From assembly GCF_039654945.1 (NCBI RefSeq), contig NW_027361932.1:17174001-17238000 (forward strand): a stretch of DNA of 64,000 bases. The letters run 5' to 3'. Within the stretch, counting starts at the first letter, position 1. Each line of letters begins with the position of its first letter. Made by a program: the position numbers and the translations under genes. The notes under the pieces are model-generated. The model ran no database searches. It was not told where the DNA came from and saw only the letters and a program-made list of their open reading frames with translations. Below are positions 51,805 to 61,940 of the stretch, piece after piece. Source of the DNA: Dendrobates tinctorius. Taxonomy: Eukaryota.

Positions 51805-52950
51805 ATGCAGGTAGCGGAAGAAGCTCCAAGCTTCGCTACGGACCTGAGGCAATTAATCAGGACGGAAATAAAAGCCCTATCAAAAGAAGATTCTTCAAAA
51901 AGAGGACGGGCTACTGTTTCAGGCTCAGACTCTTCAGTCGGCCCTAGGAGGGAAGATATCTCCTCAGAGTCCTCGGCCTCCTCTTCTTCCTCCGAAGAAG
52001 ATTCCAGCCGGCTCTGTTTTCCCTTGGACCATATGGATAAATTAATTAAAACCATAAGGTCAACCATGGGGGTAGAAGAAAAAAAGACAGAACTGTCTGC
52101 TCAGGACATTATGTTCGGGGGTCTAGACCCCAGAAAGCAAAGGACCTTTCCGTTAAACGAAAAAGTCCAGAACCTGATAGACAGGGAGTGGAAAAAAACG
52201 GAAAAAAGGGGTTCTATGCCGCCTGCTTTCAAGCGGAGGTACCCCTTTGAGGACCCAATAGTAAGTCGATGGGATAAGGCCCCCAAGCTGGATGCCGCGG
52301 TAGCTAAGGCCTCCAAAAAGTCATCTATACCCTTCGACGATATGGCCTCCCTTAAAGACCCCCTAGATAAAAAGGCAGATTCCTTTTTAAGGGGCACTTG
52401 GGAGATGTCAGCAGGCGCCCTAAGGCCAGCAATAGCAGCCACGTGCGCAGCCAGATCCATGATGGTCTGGCTGTATCAATTGGACTCCCAGCTAAAAGAT
52501 GGGACCTCGCGAGCTTCCATCCGTAAGTCTCTTCCAATTATCCAAAATGCTGCTGCCTTTCTGGCAGATGCCTCGGCAGACTCTGTAAGAATGGCGGCCA
52601 GGTCTGCAAGCTTGTCTAATTCGGCCCGAAGAGCCCTCTGGTTGAAATGCTGGCCGGGAGATATCCAAGCCAGGTCCCGTCTCTGTTCTATCCCCTGTGA
52701 GGGTGAATACTTGTTCGGCCCCGTCCTAGACGAACTGTTAGAGAAAGCCGGGGACGAGAAAAAGACATTTCCGAGTCTGCCGAATATATCCTGGAGACGT
52801 CCCTTTTCTAGGAAAGGGTATTCCCGCAGGAGGCAGGCCAGAGATCAGAACAGATGGGACAACAAAAAAACCAGAGGTACGGGCTTCATGTTCGGAGGAG
52901 GGGGGCGCCAAGAAGGTCCATCACGGGATAATAAGAAACCGCCCCAATGA
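51805..52950 (+). CDS. DIRS C gag-like ORF1, main exon
   Basis: 381-aa open frame homologous to the A/B gag (RRYPF..W...PKLD..KDPLD..RRALWLK.W..D). Confidence 0.85.
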   Translation: MQVAEEAPSFATDLRQLIRTEIKALSKEDSSKRGRATVSGSDSSVGPRREDISSESSASSSSSEEDSSRLCFPLDHMDKLIKTIRSTMGVEEKKTELSAQDIMFGGLDPRKQRTFPLNEKVQNLIDREWKKTEKRGSMPPAFKRRYPFEDPIVSRWDKAPKLDAAVAKASKKSSIPFDDMASLKDPLDKKADSFLRGTWEMSAGALRPAIAATCAARSMMVWLYQLDSQLKDGTSRASIRKSLPIIQNAAAFLADASADSVRMAARSASLSNSARRALWLKCWPGDIQARSRLCSIPCEGEYLFGPVLDELLEKAGDEKKTFPSLPNISWRRPFSRKGYSRRRQARDQNRWDNKKTRGTGFMFGGGGRQEGPSRDNKKPPQ

Positions 52951-54798
52951 CTAGTGGCTCCGGTAGGAGGAAGATTATCTGCCTTCTACCCGGCCTGGGC
53001 CAGAATCTCAAATAGCAGCTGGATACTGGGGGTAATAGCTACAGGACTGCACCTAGAGTTCTCCTGCGTTCCCCAAGACCGGTTCAAGGTAACTCCGCTC
53101 AAATCTTCCCCGCTAGAACAAGCTGCCCTGGAGACCGAGGTCCTCGAGCTACTGGACAAAAAAGTCCTGACGAGAGTTCCAGAGGAAGAGAGGGGGAAAG
53201 GCTTCTATTCCCCCCTGTTCTTGGTCCGTAAACCGGATGACTCATTTAGGGCTATATTTAATCTCAAAGCCCTCAATAAATTTCTGGTAGTTCGACCATT
53301 TAAAATGGAAACAATTAACACCGCAATAAAAATGCTGTTTCAAAACTGCTTCATGGTGGTCCTAGATCTGAAAGACGCATACTACCATATACCCATATGT
53401 CTAGCTCACCAACCTTTCCTTAGACTGGCGGTTCAGTTGGAGGGGTCAATCCAGCACTTCCAGTATGCGGCCTTACCCTTCGGGGTGGCAGTTGCACCCC
53501 GAGTATTCACCAAAGTGATGGCAGAGGTGATGGCCCATCTGCGCGAATTAAATATTCTAGTCGTTCCCTATCTAGATGGCCTCCTTATAATAGGTAGTTC
53601 AGCCGAGCAATGTTTAGAACAGTTACAGAAAACAACGGCGGCTCTAGAGCGGTTGGGATGGTTACTTAATATCAAAAAATCCCGTTTGCAGCCATTAAAA
53701 ATTCAACAATTTTTAGGCCTAACCCTAGATTCTAAAAAACAGGAATGCCGTCTGCCCCCAGAGAAGCTGCTGCACCTACATGGCCGGGTCCTGAACGCTT
53801 TCAACAACCCCTCCATGTCCCTCAGGAAAGCCATGTCCCTGTTGGGTTCCCTCTCGTCCTGCATTCCCGCGGTCCAGTGGGCCCAAGTTCATTCGAGAAC
53901 TCTACAGGGCGAAGTTTTGGGGTATCAGAGGATTCTTGGGGATAACTTAGAAGGTCGACTGACCTTATCCAGAAACACAATAGAGTCCCTGGAATGGTGG
54001 CTAGAAAGAAATAACTTGTCTAGAGGGGTCCCTTGGGAGTATAACATTACCCGCGTGGTCACCACGGATGCAAGTCCTTCCGGTTGGGGGGCGCATATGG
54101 AGAGAATTCTGGTCCAGGGCCTATGGGAACGGGATCAAATACAAATGTCTTCTAATTTAAAAGAATTAACAGCGGTAGCACACACAGCTAAAGAGCTCCT
54201 TATGTATCTACAGGGCCATCACGTACGAGTTCTCTCGGACAATCGAGTGGCCGTGGCCTATATCAATCACCAAGGCGGAACTCGATCCAAAACTCTGATG
54301 AATGTGGCAGGACAGTTGTTCCAGCTAGCGGAGCCGCATTTTTTATCTCTCACGGCTCTTCACATAAGAGGGAAAGAAAACGTTGCGGCAGATTTCCTAA
54401 GCCGCAATCTGTTAAAACAGGGAGAGTGGACCTTAAACACCTCCATTTTTGTTCAGATCGTACAGAGATGGGGTCAACCAGAGGTGGATCTATTCGCCAC
54501 CAAAGAGAACTCAAAAACGAGACAATTTTGCTCCCTAAACCCCAGGGAGATTCCTCTGGCAGTAGATGCGCTACTGATAAAATGGGACTTCAGGCTAGCC
54601 TATGCCTTTCCTCCCCTATCTCTACTTCCTCTGGTGTTGAGGAAGATCAGGAAGGACAAGGCAAGAGTCATAGTCATTGCCCCGTTCTGGCCCAGGAGAG
54701 CATGGTTCTCGAACCTCAGGATCATGTCGATAGACGATCCTTGGGTTCTCCCGGACATCCCGGACCTTCTGTCCCAGGGCCCGGTCTTCCACCCTTAG
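52951..54798 (+). pseudogene. DIRS C RT-RNaseH-methyltransferase-like ORF
   Basis: LDLKDAY, LPFG, YLDG (YLDD lost), TDAS, SDN, ADFLSR, DLFA..YAFPP; premature TAG at 54796. Confidence 0.9.
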
Positions 54799-55856
54799 GT
54801 GGCTGGCCTACATCTCACGGCGTGGAATTTGAGCGGTCACTCCTAAGGGGTAAAGGTTTCTCCCCAGACCTAATTGACACTCTACTAAAAAGTAGGAAAG
54901 TGGTGACAACTAAGATCTACGTCAGAATTTGGAAAAGATTCCTCCAAAGCTCAAATATAAATAATGATGATTCCGTCCCTATAGGCCAGATCTTGGAATT
55001 TTTACAAAAAGGGCTGGACCTGGGTCTCTCCACCAGTACCCTTAAAGTACAGGTATCTGCCTTAGGGGCCCTCTTTAGCTGCAACATCGCTGCTAATTAC
55101 TGGGTCAATAGGTTTATCAAAGCAGCAAGTAGGTCCAGACCAATAGTAAAGAATAGACTCACGCCATGGGATTTGAACCTAGTCCTCACAGCTATGACAG
55201 AAGCGCCATTTGAGCCCATCTCGTCAGCCTCTATTAGGAGCCTGTCCCTCAAGATAGCTTTCCTGATACCCTACGGGCTGACGTTATGGCTAAGCGACAT
55301 TCAGGCATTGTCTAGGCGCCCACCTTTTCTTCAGGTAAAAGAGGATAGGGTAATACTTAGACCTGACCCAGTGTATTTACCAAAAGTAGCCTCCAGCTTT
55401 CATAGGTCGCAGGAAATAGTCCTCCCATCCTTCCTCCCTAAGCCAACTAATGAGAAGGAGGAGAAGCTACACACTTTAGATGTTAGGAGATGCCTCTTAG
55501 AGTATCTAGCGGCTACCGATCCCTGGAAGAAGGACAATGCCCTCTTTGTCTCCTACCAAGGCCCTAGGAAAGGTCTTAGGGTGTCCAAAAGTACTCTAGC
55601 CAGATGGATTAGAGAAGCAATCTCGTTAGCTTATACCTCAAAAGGTAGAGTAGCTCCGGAGAAATTGAAGGCGCATTCCACCAGAGCCATGGCGACCTCG
55701 TGGGCCGAGAGATCGGAAGTCTCCATCGACCAGATTTGTAAGGCGGCCACTTGGTCCTCTCCGAGCACTTTTTATAGTCATTATAGGCTAGACTTGGGTG
55801 CTTCTGCAGACCTCTCCTTCGGTATCAGGGTTTTGCAGGCTGTAGTCCCCCCCTAA
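54426..55856 (+). pseudogene. DIRS C tyrosine recombinase (catalytic Arg motif inverted)
   Basis: AHSTRA, ATW and FYSHY are present; the AITSARRVS motif is replaced by PYGLTLWLS through a 22-bp inversion. Confidence 0.88.
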
Positions 55857-57755
55857 AGTAGTGATTACTCTCTGTAATTCTCTCAGGTGGTGCTGTCATG
55901 GACGACCGAATAAAGTCTTAGTTACTCACCGGTTAACGGTATTTTTCGGAGTCCATGACAGCACCCGTATATTCCCTCCCTTAAATTTAATTGGGGTGTG
56001 CACGTCTATTTCTTGTATGCTCACTGGTGATAAAAGTTTATAATTATAAAGAATACTGTACATAAATCATGCATTAACCTTGGAAGTCCTCTTGTGCTCT
56101 GTAATCCAACTGATGCGTGGGAGAGGTGCCACCCTTTTTGTATCTGTAGGTTTCCTGTTCCTAAAGGGCGGATCCCCTCTCTCAGGTGGTGCTGTCATGG
56201 ACTCCGAAAAATACCGTTAACCGGTGAGTAACTAAGACTTTCGCTCCCTTCAGTCCTAGCGTTTCTTCAGGCAGGATTGGATGCGGGCCTTGCCCTCAGT
56301 TCCCTGAAGGGTCAAGTTTCGGCGCTGTCCATTCTATTTCAGAAAACATTGGCTTCCCGTCCTCAGGTTAAGACCTTTCTTCAGGGCGTGGCTAACACGG
56401 TTCCGCCGTACCGGGCGCCCGTGGATCCATGGGATCTTAATCTGGTTCTTAAGGTTCTGCAAGGTCCTCCCTTTGAACCCCTCAGGGATATTTCCCTTTC
56501 TCTCCTTTCTTGGAAGGTTGTCTTTCTGGTGGCCATCACCTCCGTCCGGCGCGTGTCGGAATTGGCAGCTCTTTCGTGCCGCTCCCATTTTCTGGTGCTC
56601 CACCAGGATAAGGTAGTTCTGCGGCCTCCGCCCTCTTTCCTGCCGAAGGTGGTGTCCTCGTTTCACCTCAACGAGGATATCGTGCTACCATCCTTTTGTC
56701 CGTATCCAACTCATCCCCGAGAGTGGTCCTTGAACAAGCTGGACCTGGTTAGGGCGATAAGAGTCTATCTGTCTAGGACGACTGCCTTGCGAAAGACAGT
56801 CTCTTTTCATTATCCCTGATGGGACGCGGAAAGGTCACTCGGCGTCAAAGGCCACTATTGCTCGCTGGATCAGATCGGCAATTTTGGAAGCCTACCGAGT
56901 TAAGCGTCGCAGAGCCCCTCCAGGGATCAGGGCCCACTTTACTCGGGCAGTGGGTGCCTCCTGGGCGGTGCGCCACAGAGCTTCCGCGCTGCAGCTTTGC
57001 AAAGCTGCAACATGGTCATCGGTTCACACGTTTGTGAAATTCTACAGAGTCCACACCTACGCTTCGGCGGACGCCAGCCTAGGTAGACGGATTCTGCAGG
57101 CCGCGGTGGTGAGTCTGCTGGCCCGATGGAAGTTTGTTTCCCACCCCAGGGACTGCTTTGGGACGTCCCATGGTCTCTGTGTCCCCCAATAAGGCGAACG
57201 AGAAAACAGGATTTTTTGGGTTGCTTACCGTAAAATCTGTTTCTCAGAGCCTTCATTGGGGGACACAGCACCCTCCCATGTTTTACAACTCCTGTTCTTA
57301 TGTTTGTCGGTTGGTTACAGTTGAGTTGTCCTGTTTTCATTCTGTTTTGTTACTTCTCCTACTGCTTTCTCACTAACTGAGGAAATTGCCGGTCAGTGGG
57401 GTGTATACTGCGGAGGAGGAGCTAACATTTTTTTGTGCATAGTGTCAGCCTCCTAGTGGCAGCAAAGCATACACCCATGGTCTCTGTGTCCCCCAATGAA
57501 GGCTCCGAGAAACAGATTTTACGGTAAGCAACCCAAAAATTCCTGTTTTTCCTCATCACCTTGGATCAAAAATGGACATATCTCATTTGGCTTTTTTTGT
57601 GAATGTATGGTTTGCAAGAAAAAAATCACACACGTGAACATCTACATGGGCTATAATGGTTACATGTTCTATCTGTGAAAAGCATAGCTAAAACAAGCCT
57701 CCTGCGTTATAGTCCATTTTTCACGTACGAGGCTTATTTGTTCTTGCACTTGTAG

Positions 57756-57819
57756 GGTGGGAAGGACAGCCCGAGGAGGGACAGCTGGTCTGGCGTTCAC
57801 AATGCTGCTGCGAATACAG
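57756..57819 (+). CDS. DDX51: DDX51 exon 13 (motif VI)
   Basis: (HR)VGRTARGGTAGLAFTMLLRIQ. Confidence 0.97.
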
Positions 57820-57894
57820 GTCTGTATCGTGTGCGCTTGCTATGGGTGGAAGATATAATTGTTATACTCTCACTGAGACATACCACTCCTTTAG

Positions 57895-58029
57895 GAGCAG
57901 AGATATCTGAACATGATGCAGGAAGCTGGTGTCCCAGAGCTACAAAAGCAGCTGGTGAAGAGGGCAAAGCTCAAGCAGTTTGAGGAGCGATATGAAGAGG
58001 TGCTGTCACAGCTTCAGACAGTTATTAAG
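57895..58029 (+). CDS. DDX51: DDX51 exon 14
   Basis: EQRYLNMMQEAGVPELQKQLV...LQTVIK; AG/GT sites. Confidence 0.94.
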
Positions 58030-59494
58030 GTGACTGATTTTGTTCTTTTGGTAGATTCCCTTTCAAGTTTTATATTTTTCGATCACCATACTTTTTACTA
58101 ATTAAAATTACGTTTTGTTTTTTTTTCTGTGCATGATTATGGAGGTGACCACGATGATTATAGAGGTGCCTGAGCTGCTATTATCAGCATTCAGAGAGAT
58201 GATTTACAGCTGTTGCATGAATAATAAGCTGTAGACTAGAAATTATCTTTGACTTCTAGAGTAAAGTTTTGTGTGCATGTTTAGTGACCTGTGCAGGGAG
58301 AGAGGAGGTGACCTGTGACCGTCCCCTATTGTGATTGATTGATCTTTTATTATCCGCCACCAGCTATTAGATTTTATATATAATTGTAAATAAAAATATG
58401 TTTAACACAAAAAACTGTATTTAAGCAAAAGGTCACTTTCCAATACATTCTTTTTGGATATGTCCTCACGGGGCGCCCATATTCTGTAGATTTTTGGGAC
58501 AATGTTACAATAGCAGCAGTGTGACATGAGATTTTAAGAAACAGCCACACACTGCAGAAAAAAAGACAGCATGACTTAAACTGCAGATTTCAGATTCAAA
58601 GCACAGGTCAACAATGTATGCAATGTAAATGGTGAATCTGCTGTAAGTTTGCAGCATTTCTTCAACAAAATATGATTATTTGTTGCTTTTACTGCCACAG
58701 TTTTCCTGTGAATTTTTGGTTTGTGGACAAACTCTATAAAAGTAAATTTCAACTAGATGATCCCTTCTAAAATAACCCTCACCCAAAATGTAACTGCTAT
58801 GTGTAGTCTCTAAATCGGCTGCTATGTGGCATCTTTTCAAATGAATGCATGACCATTTAGTACAATTACCTTAATTTTACAAAACCACTTTAGCTCATAA
58901 AGAGTTCCCAAGTCGGAGACCTCTCTATTTTATAATGTGTACAGGCAAAAATAGGACATTTGAGCAAATGTGCATGAAAGTTGGTGCCAATCAGACCTGT
59001 GACGCCTATGTGGCGTCATGGCGGGATCGCTTTCCTGGGGGTCGGGTGACCGGGGTCACTGAAATGTCTCCCGACCTGCAGGTACAGGGGGACCTGTACT
59101 TGACACCCCCCCCCGTGGCTACGATCCCTCCGATTGGCTATTTCAGGACTCTATCAGGATTTTTTATTCCCCCTGACCCCGCACCTTTGAGGCGCATAAA
59201 TCCCTTTTTTTATCTTGTTGGGGATTTGTGCAAATCGCTGCGGTCCGGTCCGATGGGCGTGGCTTAGTCGCCTTCTCCCCCCCCCCCCCTCCCCCCTCGG
59301 CTTGCTGCACGTAATCTTCATCTGTGAATATCACAGATAACGTTGGTTTCCGCGCCTGCGCATTGTAAAGGCCTCCGGTGTTAAGGGGTCAATGCAAAAG
59401 TTAAATTAAGATAAATAGTATTACGGCTTCTTTTTTGGAAATATTAAAAAATTTATGCTGATTTTTGTTTTGTTTTTTTTTTTTCCTTTCACAG

Positions 59495-59521
59495 GAAGAA
59501 CGAGCAGAGAAGCGCCGCTAA
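59495..59521 (+). CDS. DDX51: DDX51 exon 15 (EERAEKRR*)
   Basis: Long polypyrimidine tract then ACAG, followed by an in-frame stop. Confidence 0.88.
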   Translation, partial: EERAEKRR

Positions 59522-59828
59522 ATTATGGAAACATAATCGAAAAAAAATATCGGTTCCGTTATTAGGAACTTATTGGTACAGAAGAGTTTATTTTGCATCA
59601 ATTGTTAAACATGAAGACATATTAACAAAGGCCTGCCAGATTCTGGTGCCTGCTATTGGGAATGTGTGTGATAATTCAATAGCTTGGTATGGATGAGCTC
59701 TGTTTTATGGGGATCATGATTCGTGAACTACTGACTTTGTGCCTTAATGATTCACATGACATTTTACAAATTGCTTACTTATTATTTTCATGTATAGTAA
59801 CTTTTTTTTATTTAAGCATTGTATTTAA

Positions 59829-60157
59829 AGGGAACCTGTCAGCAGGATTGTGCATAGTAACCTACACACAGTGTCAGATCGGCACCCTTATACTGAATAA
59901 AATTATACATTGGTTGATGAAATCCGTCTTGTTTCTTAATCTTTATTTTCAGTTTTGTGTTAATGATATGTGATGCTCTAGTTAGCTATTCATAATGCAG
60001 ACTGCTGACAGGTCACTGATCCCTCACTGACCTGCCCCCTAATTTACATAATTAACTCCAGCACGCACTGAATTAAAAAAAAAAAAAAAAACACTTCTGC
60101 AGGCAGGTGCTGGCCGTGGCACCTGCGCTGCAGCATAATCGCATGGTTACTGTGCAC
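59829..60157. mobile_element. T2/Kolobok MITE, left part
   Basis: TTAA-AGGGAACCTGTCAGCAGG, same family as 25203. Confidence 0.7.
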
Positions 60158-60161
60158 TTAA

Positions 60162-61940
60162 CTCCTTAATGTCTATGGACGTGCACAGTCCATCATGGCA
60201 GGAGGTAACTTCCCGCACTCTGCACGTCCTGCCTTTGAACTGTCACTGCGCGTAAACACGCAGTTTCAGTTCAGTGCCGACATCTGTCTGACAGTTGAGA
60301 GGCACAGCAAGGGGGGCAGGGACCCTTGCAGTCGGTCCCTGCACCCACAGCGCTGTGATTGGTCAGTCAATCTGACAGACCAAACAGCAGCGATGAGCAG
60401 GAGAGGCTGAAGTTTGAGCTTCTCCTGCCCGATATCAATGCAGGAGCTCAGCGCTGCAGTGGCTGAGCATCCTGCACAGACAGGAGCAGAGCCCCCCGCC
60501 GCCCCTGGCTGTTAACCCCTCACTGCTGCGATCAAGCGCGATCGCAGCGTTCAGAGGGTAGGGGGCGGGCCCGACCTGTGCCACGATGACCCGGAGGTGT
60601 CATGACAGCCTCCGTGTCATTTACCTACGGAAAGCTGGTGAGACCATGCTCACAGCATAGTGTCACCAGCTTTCAGCATTGGTATAATGCATTACAATGC
60701 TGGAGTATTGTAATGTATTATACGTGAAAGTTGAAAGTCCCATGAACGGGCAAGGTAAAAAAAAAAAAAAAAAAACTTTAAAAAAAAAATTCCCTAAAAA
60801 TTACACATTTTTATGTAAAAAAAAAATAAACAAAAAAATACACGTTTGGTATCACCACGTCCGTAAAAATCCCATCTATAAAAGTCACCCTGGTTAACCC
60901 CTTCAGTGAACGCCGTAAAAAAAAACCCACAAAAAAGTAGCAAATTATACTTTTTCCAAGCGGTATCATCATACCACTTGGAAAAAGTGCAATAACACGT
61001 GATCAAAAAGACAGATATAAATAAACATGGTCCCGCAAAAAACGACCCGCCATACTGCGTCATCAGCGAAAAAATAAGTTATAGTTCGCAGAATAAAGTG
61101 ATGCAAAAATATTTTCTATAAAAGTTTTTATTGTGTAAAAAAACACCAAAACATAAAAAAAAAAAAGATATAAATGAGGTATCGCTGTAATCGTAGTGAC
61201 CCGAAGAATAGAGCTGCCATACTAATTTTACCACACGCGGAACGGAGGGGGAAAAAAAAACATTCCTAAATTGCTGGTTTTTCTTCATTCAAAAAATGAA
61301 CAGAGAAATCAGAATAGAAAGCGATCAAAAATGTTATGTGCCTGAAAATGGTACCAATAAATACGTCAGCTCTTCCTGCAAAAATCAAGCCTGCACATGA
61401 CTCTGTCGGCCGAAATATGGAAAAATTATAGCTCATTAAAGATCATTTTTTGTGGAAAAAATTTTTTTTTAATTTTCACTGCTCTGCGTTATAAACTTCT
61501 GTGAAGCACTTGGGGGTTCAAGGTGCTCACCACACATCTAGATAAGCTCCATGGGGGGTCTAGTTTCCAAAATGGGGTCACTTATGGGGGGTTTGTACTG
61601 TTTTGGCACATCAGGAGCTCTGCAAACGCAACATGGCGCCTGCAGACTATTCCATCAAATTCTGCATTCCAGAACGGCGCTCCTTCCCTTCTGAGCTCTG
61701 CCATGTGACCAAACAGTGGATCCACCCCACATATGGGGTATCAGCGTACTCAGGAAAAATTGCACCACAACTGTTGTGGTCCTATTTCAACTGTTACCCT
61801 TGTGAAAATAAAAATTTGGGGGCAAAAAGATCATTTTTGTGGAAAAAATTTTTTTTATTTTCACGGCTCTACGTTATAAACTTCTGTGAAGCACTTGGGG
61901 GTTAAAAGTGCTCACCACACATCTAGATAAGCTCCTTGGG
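60162..61940 (+). mobile_element. Partial piggyBac-type element (same family as 34010 and 39318), cut by L1
   Basis: TTAA start; homologous internal segments and repeat unit. Confidence 0.7.

Larger units (their letters stand above)
50699..56241 (+). mobile_element. DIRS retrotransposon C (young, nearly intact), nested in the YR gene of DIRS B
   Basis: ITRs 50699-50820 and ~56105-56241; ICR ~55885-55965 (TAAGAC-TTT-ATTCGG junction); its removal restores B's YR frame IAPMSF|SLPSVLAFLQAGL. Confidence 0.96.
46256..57549 (+). mobile_element. DIRS retrotransposon B (decayed; interrupted by DIRS C)
   Basis: ITRs; ICR ~57165-57270; gag 47451-48941 with an N-terminal CxxC-x11-CxxC; RT with an internal deletion (YLDD kept); MT; YR split at 50698/56241. 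Confidence 0.95.

Noticed and set aside
52954-54798. Bacterial-like retron/methyltransferase/integrase defence cassette or contamination
   Set aside because: RT-RH-MT plus YR with ITRs and an ICR is the standard DIRS architecture, embedded in a spliced vertebrate gene
54426-55856. Intact or domesticated tyrosine recombinase gene
   Set aside because: The catalytic Arg motif is destroyed by the inversion; it sits within a complete DIRS whose RT also has YLDG and a premature stop
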